Source: Patescibacteria group bacterium (GTDB lineage: Bacteria > Patescibacteriota > Patescibacteriia > PEXW01). Taken from it: a DNA stretch of 64,000 nt. Position 1 is the stretch's first letter. Every line of letters begins with the position of its first letter. The position numbers and the translations under genes were made by a program. Of this stretch, positions 27,610 through 35,472 are shown in pieces. The stretch is from positions 2,913 to 66,912 of the forward strand of contig JBAYJA010000005.1 of NCBI GenBank assembly GCA_041665345.1, given 5' to 3'. Under the pieces are notes generated by a model. It worked only from the letters and a program-made list of their open reading frames with translations, made no database searches and had not been told where the DNA came from.

Positions 27610-28239
27610 CTATCGTTTTGTCGCGGGTTTCACCGCTTCAATGCTCAGCCAGCGTACTTCGCGGCGTTTACTTTCATCGGCAAAATGTTGAGATGCTTGA
27701 ATGCGGAAACCTGCAGTACGCAGAAGGCTGGTCATTTCTGCTTTGGTAAAGTAGGTGAAGAAGCGGGGCTGAGGGGCAAGTTGGTCGGTCACCCAACCAG
27801 AATCGCGTCCAATTTTTACGCGGACATGGAGAAGCCCACCAATCCGGAGGATGCGGAAGAAATGTCGCAATACCCGGGGAATGTCCTTTCTTTGCAGATG
27901 CAGAAGAACGGCATTTGCCCAAATCGCATCAAAGGTTTGCGGGCGAAAAAGTATTTTTCGTGCGTCCATGACTTTGAATACTGCTTTTGGCACCCGAGCT
28001 TTTGCAATTCTAATAAAAACCGTACTTGAATCAATGCCAGTCAGCCGAAAACCCTGCTGGACAAAAAAATTCGCATCTCGTCCACCAGCGCACCCAACGT
28101 CAAGAATATGTGCACCTGGGGTTAGATGCTTCGCAAAAGTTTTTCGCTCTGGTGGGGCGAGTGATTCCACTGCTGCGGTATACAAACGCCCAAGCGTGTT
28201 GTACGCCTGGCGCGTTTTTTGGTAGACCGTGTTTGGCAT
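27610..28239 (-). CDS. class I SAM-dependent methyltransferase
   Basis: ILDVGCAGGRD, FDAIWANAVLLH; TAATG coupling to gdh. Confidence 0.9.
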   Translation of the reverse strand: MPNTVYQKTRQAYNTLGRLYTAAVESLAPPERKTFAKHLTPGAHILDVGCAGGRDANFFVQQGFRLTGIDSSTVFIRIAKARVPKAVFKVMDARKILFRPQTFDAIWANAVLLHLQRKDIPRVLRHFFRILRIGGLLHVRVKIGRDSGWVTDQLAPQPRFFTYFTKAEMTSLLRTAGFRIQASQHFADESKRREVRWLSIEAVKPATKR

Positions 28240-29516
28240 TACTTTACCAACCCCCGGGCTTGCATGGCATCCACAATGCGCTGGATGGCCAGCACGAAAG
28301 CTGCGGTGCGGAGGGAGATTTTCTTCTCTTGTGCAATGGCCCACACTTGGTCAAAGCTCTTTTCCATAATTGGCTGCAAACGACGCAGTACCTCGGCTTC
28401 CGTCCAACGGTCGCCCTGGTTATTCTGCACCCACTCAAAGTAGGAGACAGTCACGCCACCCGCATTAGCCAGCACGTCTGGCACCACCGGGATCCCCCGC
28501 TTCTGCAGACGCTCATCCGCATCGGGCGTCAGCGGGCCATTCGCCATTTCGACAATCGCCTTCGCTTTGATTTTCCCCACATTGTCTTTGGTGATGGCAT
28601 TCTCCAGCGCCGCCGGCACCAGCACATCCACATCCAGTTTCAAAAGTTGTTCGTTGGTAATTTGCTGGTAGTGCTCGCAGTCGCACACTGTACCCACGCA
28701 GTAGCAGCCATCAATGAGCCCTTTCTCCTTCTTCGCATCCATAATGTGCTTGGGATCCATGCCCTTGCGGCGCTTGTCCAGAATGCCACCGCGAGAGTCA
28801 GACACGGCAATCACTTTGTACCCAGCAGCGTGCAGCTTCTGGGCAATGAAGTAACCCACATTCCCAAAGCCCTGGATTGCAACTGTGGTCTTCCCAGGTT
28901 TCAGTTTCAGTTTTTTTGCCAAGGCTTCAAACACGTAGAATCCCCCTTGGCCAGTTGCTTCGGTGCGGCCTTCGGAGCCACCGATGGCAAGTGGCTTCCC
29001 GGTGAATGTTCCAGGTTGCCATTCGCCAGTCACCCGGCTAAATTCATCAACCATCCAGCCCATGATGGTGGGGTTGGTGTACACGTCTGGCGCCGGGACG
29101 TCACGGTTGGGACCCAGGTACTGGGCAAACGCTCGTACCCATCCGCGGGAGAGTTGCTCCAGTTCATGCTGGCTCAGTTTTTTTGGATCAACCGTCACGC
29201 CGCCTTTCCCTCCACCAAAGGGAATGCCCACCACTGCACACTTTACCGCCATCCAAAATGATAATGCCTTCACTTCATGCAAATCCGTTTTGGGGTGGAA
29301 TCGAATGCCGCCCTTGAATGGTCCGCGGGCATCGTTGTACTGCACCCGGTAGGCTTGGAACACTTTGGTGGATCCATCATCCATCCGCACCGGTACGCCG
29401 GATTCCAGTATGCGCGTGGGTCGTTCAAGTTGTCCCCGAATGTCTGTTGAGAGGTTGAGGATATCCGCAGCTTTTTTCAACTGGCTCATTGCACTGGTGA
29501 ATGGATTGGTAGGCAT
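28239..29516 (-). CDS. gdhA: Glu/Leu/Phe/Val dehydrogenase (glutamate dehydrogenase)
   Basis: GPFKGGIRF, GGGKGG, DVPAPD, QGFGNVG, NAGGVTVSYFEW. Confidence 0.95.
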   Translation of the reverse strand: MPTNPFTSAMSQLKKAADILNLSTDIRGQLERPTRILESGVPVRMDDGSTKVFQAYRVQYNDARGPFKGGIRFHPKTDLHEVKALSFWMAVKCAVVGIPFGGGKGGVTVDPKKLSQHELEQLSRGWVRAFAQYLGPNRDVPAPDVYTNPTIMGWMVDEFSRVTGEWQPGTFTGKPLAIGGSEGRTEATGQGGFYVFEALAKKLKLKPGKTTVAIQGFGNVGYFIAQKLHAAGYKVIAVSDSRGGILDKRRKGMDPKHIMDAKKEKGLIDGCYCVGTVCDCEHYQQITNEQLLKLDVDVLVPAALENAITKDNVGKIKAKAIVEMANGPLTPDADERLQKRGIPVVPDVLANAGGVTVSYFEWVQNNQGDRWTEAEVLRRLQPIMEKSFDQVWAIAQEKKISLRTAAFVLAIQRIVDAMQARGLVK

Positions 29517-29520
29517 AGTA

Positions 29521-29715
29521 GTTACGAATTACGAATACGGTTACGAATTACGAAATAGAGACACGTCACCGCTCTGAGCGGGATCCCGCCTTCTTTAGCT
29601 CAGGTGCAGAAAGTGGCGGGAAAAATACGAATGGGGAAAGATTAGATAGAAGAAGAGCTATTGTCCTTCACCCAATCCGTTCTCCCCTTACCAAGGGGAG
29701 GGGCGGAGGGATAAC
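29521..29715 (-). repeat. mosaic intergenic repeat with TTCGTA array (copy upstream of gdh)
   Basis: TTACGAA-type tandem units plus CTCCCCTT-ACC-AAGGGGAG hairpin shared with the 59217-59448 copy. Confidence 0.75.
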
Positions 29716-29794
29716 CCTACTGAGAAAAACCTGACCCTTAAAAGAAAGATTATTACAACTGGCGTGATCTCTACAGCTCTATGGCTTTACGGCT

Positions 29795-30769
29795 CTACAG
29801 CTTTTTCTTCGCGCCCCAGTCAATGAAGACTGCGGGTTTCCCCTGGGATTTTTGAATATACTCAAAAGCTTTCAGTGCAGCCTTTGCGCCTTCACCCGCG
29901 GAGACAACAACCTGCTTAAACGAGATGGTGGTCACATCCCCAGCGGCAAAAATACCTGGAACACTGGTTTCACAATCTTTCGAAATGACAATTTGATTTC
30001 GCTTATCCAGCTCCAGCAAACCTTTTACCAAGTCTGGCTTTACCACATATCCAATTTCTGGGAATACTCCATCCACAGCCAAGCGCTGCACTTTTGTTGG
30101 ATCATCTGCTCTGGCAACGACTATCTCTTTTACCATTTCATCTCCAACAATCTCCAAGACGTTTGAAAAAGGAGTCAACTCAACCGTTTCCGCGGCCACC
30201 ACTTTTTGCGCCAGCGTGGCTTCGCCAACCGGGCACTCGCCCAAGCAAATGAGGTAGACTTTCGCCGCAACGTTTGAGAGTAGTAACGCTGAGTCCATGG
30301 CCGAGTTGCCGCCACCCACTACCGCCACAGTTTTCCCGCGGAATTTTTCCGCATCGGCATACGCGCTGTACGAAACGCCATGGCCAATGAGCGCATCTTC
30401 ACCCGGGACATTCATATGCTTGTGTGACAAGCCGTACGCCAGAATGACTGCACGGGCAGTGAATTGATTCCGAGCAGTGAGCACGTGGAAGAATTCATCA
30501 TCAGCTTTCTCCACTTTGCGGACTTCGTCAATTTTCACCACCGCGCCAAATTTTTCCGCCTGCTCCCGAAACAGCGTGGACAGATCTCGCCCATGGATCA
30601 TGCCCATGCCGGGGTAATTCTCAATGTGCGGCGTGGTGGCTGCCTGACCGCCAATGTCTTGGGAGATGATGAGCGTCGACAAACCCCGACGTGTCGCAAA
30701 AATGCCAGCCGTTAAACCAGCTGCTCCACCCCCAACAATGATGACGTCCAGCACTTGCTCGTCGGCCAT
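29795..30769 (-). CDS. thioredoxin reductase-like FAD oxidoreductase lacking the CxxC motif
   Basis: GGGAAG, IENYPG, GGGNSA, TSVPGIFAAGD present; SYSAYAD in place of SYCAxCD. Confidence 0.85.
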   Translation of the reverse strand: MADEQVLDVIIVGGGAAGLTAGIFATRRGLSTLIISQDIGGQAATTPHIENYPGMGMIHGRDLSTLFREQAEKFGAVVKIDEVRKVEKADDEFFHVLTARNQFTARAVILAYGLSHKHMNVPGEDALIGHGVSYSAYADAEKFRGKTVAVVGGGNSAMDSALLLSNVAAKVYLICLGECPVGEATLAQKVVAAETVELTPFSNVLEIVGDEMVKEIVVARADDPTKVQRLAVDGVFPEIGYVVKPDLVKGLLELDKRNQIVISKDCETSVPGIFAAGDVTTISFKQVVVSAGEGAKAALKAFEYIQKSQGKPAVFIDWGAKKKL

Positions 30770-30773
30770 ATAC

Positions 30774-31097
30774 TTACATGAAGCGTTTTACTTGTTCCAG
30801 AATTGCCGGCTTCTGCTGCAAGCCCGCAGCACGCCATACTTCTTTGCCGCCTTTGAAGATGGCCAACGTTGGAATGCTCATAATGCCATACTGCTGTGCG
30901 GTGGCGGGGTTTTCATCAACATCCAATGCTCCAACAGTAGCCTTATCCCCAAGTTCCTTCGCAATTTCTTCAATTATTGGTCCCTGCACCTTGCATGGCC
31001 CGCACCAGGTAGCCCAAAAATCAACCAATACGGGTTTTGCCATTTCGCCCAGTACATCACTCTGAAAATTCTGATCTGTAAACTGTCTACCTGACAT
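30774..31097 (-). CDS. trxA: thioredoxin
   Basis: VDFWATWCGPCK, IMSIPT. Confidence 0.95.
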   Translation of the reverse strand: MSGRQFTDQNFQSDVLGEMAKPVLVDFWATWCGPCKVQGPIIEEIAKELGDKATVGALDVDENPATAQQYGIMSIPTLAIFKGGKEVWRAAGLQQKPAILEQVKRFM

Positions 31098-31109
31098 AGG
31101 AGTTATTCA

Positions 31110-31487
31110 TTAAGGATGAGAACGTTTTGATAGTATAGAGGGGTCTTTTGTCCTGGGCAAACCCGTTTGTTTTAGATACTTTGATGACCAGCTGGACATG
31201 GCAATGAGGACTTTGGTAAAGGCCTTGCCGCTTTGGGTAAGGCGGTACTCAACACGGGGTGGGCGTTCCGCAAACCGTTCTTGGGAAATGACCCCACAGG
31301 CAGCCAAGGTTTTTAATTTCACGGTGAGGGTGCGAGTGCTTACGGGTGCAACTGCTTGCAGTAGCTCACTGAAACGTTGGGGCGATTTTTCTCGTAAACG
31401 TTCTAAGATGACAAATGATGCCCGGTCACTAAAAGTCGTGCATAGCCGGTCTACCTGGCAAACTGGAGCTTGTTTTAATACTTTCAT
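31110..31487 (-). CDS. HxlR family winged-helix regulator
   Basis: N-terminal Cys, RFSEL, PPRVEYRLT..G; promoter TTGACA-17-TACACT ends 6 nt before the ATG. Confidence 0.85.
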   Translation of the reverse strand: MKVLKQAPVCQVDRLCTTFSDRASFVILERLREKSPQRFSELLQAVAPVSTRTLTVKLKTLAACGVISQERFAERPPRVEYRLTQSGKAFTKVLIAMSSWSSKYLKQTGLPRTKDPSILSKRSHP

Positions 31488-31538
31488 AAGTAAAGTGTAA
31501 GGCGCTTCGTGTTAGGTGTCAAGCTTGAGTTTGGATCA

Positions 31539-31827
31539 TTACGAAATACGAAAAAAGATACGAATATACGAATTACGAAATAAAGGAGATACGCCCCGCG
31601 GAGCGGGGTCCGGCTTCGCCGGAAATATACGAATATACAAATGGGGAGAGGACGGGGGTAACTCCGAGTGCGGGTCTCTGTGCCCGCAGCTCGACCCGGG
31701 ATGGATTGGAGGATGGGGAGGGTTTGGGTGTAGAGGCTTGTTAGGTTGGAAGGTTAGGGTATGGGCTTCAGAAGGACAGACCCTTTCTTCCAAACCCTAC
31801 ACCCTAACGAGCATCCATACCCTTGCC
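31539..31827 (-). repeat. mosaic intergenic repeat with TTCGTA array (copy upstream of hxlR-trxA operon)
   Basis: Shares a 39 bp module with 37629-37667 and GGATGCTCGTTAGG with the 51418 and 59217 copies. Confidence 0.85.
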
Positions 31828-32014
31828 TACCTCACCGGTCACTTTCCGAGCCGGCCACCGGCCCGGAGAGTGACCGACCCAGGTTCCACCCCGGGCTCCC
31901 TCCGGGGCAGAGCCCGCCCCAGAGGGAGGGAGGACAGAAAAGCCACGCCTCGTTGCTACTATGGCTGCAAAGCCAAACAAAAAACTGCCAGCATTTCTAC
32001 TGGCAGTATAGGTG

Positions 32015-32224
32015 TTACGCCTCTCCGGTGCCATTACACGTTTGGCACGTCCCAGTCCCGAGGCAAAAGGTACAAGGTCCATTCTCTGACGGAACCAGTT
32101 CTTGGTCGCCAATGATTTCATGAGCATCTCCAAGTTGCTGGCCGCTTCCGTGGCAGTGACTGCAAATGCCGCTGCCTTTCTGATCAGCCACATGCTCGCC
32201 ATCGCAGTCTAAACAGTTCGCCAT
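32015..32224 (-). CDS. small DnaJ-type (CxxCxGxG) zinc-finger protein
   Basis: Four CxxCxG motifs; GAGGAGG SD. Confidence 0.7.
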   Translation of the reverse strand: MANCLDCDGEHVADQKGSGICSHCHGSGQQLGDAHEIIGDQELVPSENGPCTFCLGTGTCQTCNGTGEA

Positions 32225-32248
32225 ACTTTCCTCCTCAGGGCATTACCA

Positions 32249-32647
32249 CTACGCAATGCGTATTTCCACACTTGGGTTTCTTCGCTTACACTCTTCGGCA
32301 AGTAATCGCCGATGACAATGTGTTGCCGACTCTTCCACACATAGGACCGTCACATTTTCCACTAGCGCTAATCCAATAAGCTGTGCCATTCGTTTATTTG
32401 CAGGTCCAGAGCTTTGCAAATACGCTAGGTACCGCTGTTCAAACTCGTGCCAGCGAAGCTCACTTCGGTAGTATGCACCCACCAACTTTGCTGGTGGTGC
32501 CAATTCAACCCAATGCCCGTCCAAGGAAGTAACTGGAATTGCCGGGTCTGGGGTCTGTCCGTCGGGAAGAGTGTGACGGCTCATAACAGAGTAGTGTCGT
32601 CCATCATGTTCTGAAAAGGGATTTTTTATACATTTTGTAAGAAGCAT
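32249..32647 (-). CDS. DUF488 family protein
   Basis: W.ELAP, W..F..RY, VLC.E....CHRRLLAE. Confidence 0.75.
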   Translation of the reverse strand: MLLTKCIKNPFSEHDGRHYSVMSRHTLPDGQTPDPAIPVTSLDGHWVELAPPAKLVGAYYRSELRWHEFEQRYLAYLQSSGPANKRMAQLIGLALVENVTVLCVEESATHCHRRLLAEECKRRNPSVEIRIA

Positions 32648-32788
32648 TATTCCTCCCAGGGCTACTTTGCTTTAGCATATCTCCGCTGGAAAACTTTCTC
32701 AAGGAAGAAGTATGCCTTTTAATACTTTACTAATAAAAGTATTAAAAAAGACCAGGGCATGTACTGGTCTTTTAAAAAATACTGAGCT

Positions 32789-33532
32789 TTAAGTTGCTAG
32801 CAATGCGAGTGCCTGCTGAACGTACGTTTTTGCTTTACGAAGATCCAAATGGTCATTCGCGTCACGGAGCCTTCCCTGCGCGTCAATGCTGCAATCCGCA
32901 AAAGTTCTAAACAACTTCTTGAGCGTGCTGAGATTATTTCCCTCTAATCCACCGGCGACCCCCATCCCATAATTGCCTAAGGCTTTTTCGGTAAACTTCC
33001 AGGCAAGTTCGGGGTCAATCGCTTTCCCCTCTCCTCCACTAAGGTCAAAAAGTATATCAGTGGCTATCCCTTCGTACTTCTGTGTCTCATCTGCACACGC
33101 ATCAATATCCCTATCGAATTCCTGCAGCGCATCGCGCCCAATTTGGAGCACCAGCCTTGCCTTCGGGTACACTTTTCGAAACCTCTGCAGTACCCGTGAG
33201 TCTGGCCAGGCGATATTCAGCTGCAGCCCGTCGCAGTCTTTCCCTGCCAGCTCATACGCGTAGGCCATTTGGTGAAAAAGTCCAATGCTGTCGCTTGTGT
33301 AGTAGTGAAGAAGGTTCAGAATACCTTTTCTTTTTGGAAAAATCTTTTCAATTTCCAATCGGGATGGTGTTTGATTTGGGAAAAGGTCTGGCTCACCAGC
33401 CAGGGTTTTGTTTGATGCAAGCACACCAAGCATCAAGTCATGGCTACATACTTCAGGCAATAGTCGAGCCAAGGTCAAAGCCTGGTGCCTTGATGTAATG
33501 CCTGTTACACCAATGTACGGTCTATTATTCAT
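32789..33532 (-). CDS. hypothetical TIM-barrel protein (TrpF-like fold)
   Basis: YIGVTG, LQLN, LFDLSGGEG, GVAGGL, SIDAQG. Confidence 0.6.
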   Translation of the reverse strand: MNNRPYIGVTGITSRHQALTLARLLPEVCSHDLMLGVLASNKTLAGEPDLFPNQTPSRLEIEKIFPKRKGILNLLHYYTSDSIGLFHQMAYAYELAGKDCDGLQLNIAWPDSRVLQRFRKVYPKARLVLQIGRDALQEFDRDIDACADETQKYEGIATDILFDLSGGEGKAIDPELAWKFTEKALGNYGMGVAGGLEGNNLSTLKKLFRTFADCSIDAQGRLRDANDHLDLRKAKTYVQQALALLAT

Positions 33533-33593
33533 GTAAAACTCCTTTGTTGGTTTCTTTTCTTTCACCCTAAAGGTGATATCAGAAAAAAGCAAT

Positions 33594-33609
33594 TGTTCCA
33601 CGTGGAACA
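33594..33609. promoter_or_regulatory. parS: parS-type centromere site
   Basis: Perfect palindrome TGTTCCACGTGGAACA matching the ParB/Spo0J parS consensus. Confidence 0.8.
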
Positions 33610-33733
33610 ATCAAATTTAAATCATTCACGTGTATTAGCATGTACGATCTTTTTTCTCAATCGGGGACAAGCCAATAAGACCACCATTCTCGATTAGGCA
33701 GTTATTAGTGCTGCATTAAAATCTCTGAATCTT

Positions 33734-33865
33734 GGGGTCCCCGCGAACGTGGCGCGCAACCCCGCTACGGGGTGAGCACGCGTTTGTGGGGTAAAGCGAG
33801 GCTTCGCGCGGAGTCCGGAGTGGAGTCGTAGCAACGGCTACACGCAGGGCGGAGCGCGAAACGAG
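33734..33865 (-). repeat. tRNA-trailer structured element (copy downstream of tRNA-Ala-GGC)
   Basis: Aligns with the copies at 60877, 61111, 61334 and 34576. Confidence 0.9.
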
Positions 33866-34060
33866 TAGCTGCCCTTCGACTCCTCGTCTGACTCGTCGCT
33901 CAGGGCGCTCGACTCGAAAAATGGCTTGCCGGCCGAAGCCCGAGGAGGATCATTAGTCCTCCTACGCTCAGAAGCTTCGGCCTACGCCGACCGAAGTCGG
34001 CTCTGGCCGACGTAGGTCGGAGGACAGCCTTCGCCCTCGATAATGCTCGAGGGCGAAGGC
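33866..34060. repeat. cluster of REP-like palindromes between tRNA-Ala(GGC) and its trailer element
   Basis: GCCCTTCGAC..GCTCAGGGC, GCCGACCGAAGTCGGC, AGCCTTCGCCCTCGA-TAATGC-TCGAGGGCGAAGGCT. Confidence 0.7.
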
Positions 34061-34136
34061 TGGTGGACCTCAGGAGACTCGAACTCCTTACCTCTTCCAT
34101 GCCATGGAAGCGCTCTACCAGATGAGCTAGAGGCCC
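34061..34136 (-). tRNA. tRNA-Ala(GGC)
   Basis: Cloverleaf, G3:U70, anticodon loop ATGGCAT, encoded CCA. Confidence 0.95.
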
Positions 34137-34169
34137 ATATTGGGCGTACTTTAACATACCTACCATAAT

Positions 34170-34185
34170 TGTTCCACGTGGAACA
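34170..34185. promoter_or_regulatory. parS: parS-type centromere site
   Basis: AATTGTTCCACGTGGAACAATT perfect palindrome. Confidence 0.8.
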
Positions 34186-34200
34186 ATTGTAACTAATCCC

Positions 34201-34338
34201 TGGATCCCGCGAACGTGGCGCGCACCCTGAGCACAGCCGAAGGGGAGCACGCGTTCGTGGGGAAAGGGGCAACCTTGTGGAGGGTGTAGTGGGGTGGACT
34301 TGCTCTGCCACACGAAACCCGACGCAAGGATTGACCCG
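34201..34338 (-). repeat. tRNA-trailer element variant (domain 2 conserved, domain 1 replaced)
   Basis: CCCCACGAACGCGTGCTC..GCGCGCCACGTTCGCGGG retained. Confidence 0.8.
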
Positions 34339-34412
34339 TGGTGGACCTGGGGAGAATCGAACTCCCGTCTCAGCAATGCGAATGCCGTGTTCTACCACTG
34401 AACCACAGGCCC
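34339..34412 (-). tRNA. tRNA-Ala(CGC)
   Basis: Cloverleaf, G3:U70, anticodon loop TTCGCAT, CCA. Confidence 0.93.
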
Positions 34413-34444
34413 ATATTTGGCTTAGGTAAGCGTTATTTTCTAAT

Positions 34445-34460
34445 TGTTCCACGTGGAACA
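34445..34460. promoter_or_regulatory. parS: parS-type centromere site
   Basis: TAATTGTTCCACGTGGAACAATTA perfect palindrome. Confidence 0.8.
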
Positions 34461-34575
34461 ATTAAATTTCAATAATTTGGCTTTATCCTGACCCAAAGCC
34501 ACCTTCTCTTAGCCTGGGTCAAGGGACCCAGGCCACCCACTTTTGAGCTATTCTTTAAGAGTACTAAAATCTTCG

Positions 34576-34721
34576 GGGGTCCCCACAGATGTGGCGCGCA
34601 GTCTCCCGAGCGTAGTCGAGGGGGACGAGCACGCGTCTGTGGGGTAAAGCGAGGCTTCGTGCGACGGGCGGAGCGGATTCGGTAGCAACCGGATACGCGC
34701 AGCTCTGAGCACGAAACGAGC
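34576..34721 (-). repeat. tRNA-trailer structured element (after tRNA-Arg-CCT)
   Basis: Starts GCTCGTTTCG immediately after CCA; near-identical to 61111-61245. Confidence 0.92.
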
Positions 34722-34796
34722 TGGTGCCCCCGGAGGGAATCGAACCCCCATCTCTCCCTTAGGACGGGATTGCTCAATCCATTGAGCTACAGGGGC
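34722..34796 (-). tRNA. tRNA-Arg(CCT)
   Basis: Cloverleaf, anticodon loop GTCCTAA, CCA. Confidence 0.92.
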
Positions 34797-34811
34797 AAAA
34801 AATCCCTTATT

Positions 34812-34973
34812 TTAGTTACTTATTAGAGTCGCATTATGTAAACGAGCCGCTACCCTATCGACAAAACCATTTCTATGGTCAAAGTAGAGGACTGTACCAA
34901 AAGCAACAGCGATGAGAATGAGAAGAATGTAGAGCTTCTTCAAATCCTTTTTGATATATTGTGCTTGGTCCAT
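34812..34973 (-). CDS. small single-TM membrane protein (53 aa, below ORF-track cutoff)
   Basis: MDQAQYIKKDLKKLYILLILIAVAFGTVLYFD... Confidence 0.55.
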   Translation of the reverse strand: MDQAQYIKKDLKKLYILLILIAVAFGTVLYFDHRNGFVDRVAARLHNATLISN

Positions 34974-35106
34974 AGGCGTTGGTTATGCGTAAGGGATTGT
35001 ACAGATGGTTTTGGTTTTCATCAATGCCAAAAGCCCTCAGCCTTTCGTTTTCCCAGTAAATACTATACCTTGAAAGTGTCTTCCTTTTCACATTGACGAT
35101 ATTCCT

Positions 35107-35469
35107 ATGTTCAAGAATGACGCAGCAGCAAGTAAAGTTGGCGACACAATTATTGGTCCTTCAGTGAAAGTCGAAGGTCATTTTGTTGGTGAAGGAAATG
35201 TGTCTGTAGAAGGCCAGTTGCAGGGCAGCCTGAAAACCAAACACAACGTCGCAATAGGTGCGGCTGCGGTTGTGAAAGCTGATGTTGAAGGAGTGGATAT
35301 TTTTCTCGCTGGTGATCTCACTGGTAATGTGAAGGCAACGGGCAAATTTACTCTCACAAGCAGCGCCCGGCTTACGGGGAATGTTGAAGCAGCAAGCTTG
35401 AGTGTAGAAGAGGGTGCCCGCATTTCTGGAAAGTGTTCCATTGGTGGCGGTGCCAAGGAAGTGAAGTAG
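35107..35469 (+). CDS. bactofilin (polymer-forming cytoskeletal protein)
   Basis: TIIGPSVKVEG, repeated G-x-V/L beta-helix, LSVEEGA.I.G.C. Confidence 0.9.
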   Translation: MFKNDAAASKVGDTIIGPSVKVEGHFVGEGNVSVEGQLQGSLKTKHNVAIGAAAVVKADVEGVDIFLAGDLTGNVKATGKFTLTSSARLTGNVEAASLSVEEGARISGKCSIGGGAKEVK

Positions 35470-35472
35470 CGC

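Noticed and set aside
28026-29261. 411 aa + strand ORF
   Set aside because: Antisense shadow of gdh; long antisense ORFs are common opposite GDH genes and it has no motifs
29521-29555. TTACGAA arrays as CRISPR, iterons or DnaA boxes
   Set aside because: Imperfect 6-8 nt units without spacers, no TTATCCACA match and no rep gene
31516-32123. 199 aa and 120 aa + strand ORFs
   Set aside because: They run through the mosaic repeat and antisense to the zinc-finger gene; low-complexity translation
33533-34777. ORFs beginning MFHVEQL and other ORFs across the tRNA cluster
   Set aside because: Artefacts of the parS palindrome, tRNAs and trailer elements
34800-35106. Replication origin at the local strand switch
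   Set aside because: No DnaA-box cluster or dnaA; gene orientation at 4-22 kb does not fit a simple switch; GC skew could not be computed
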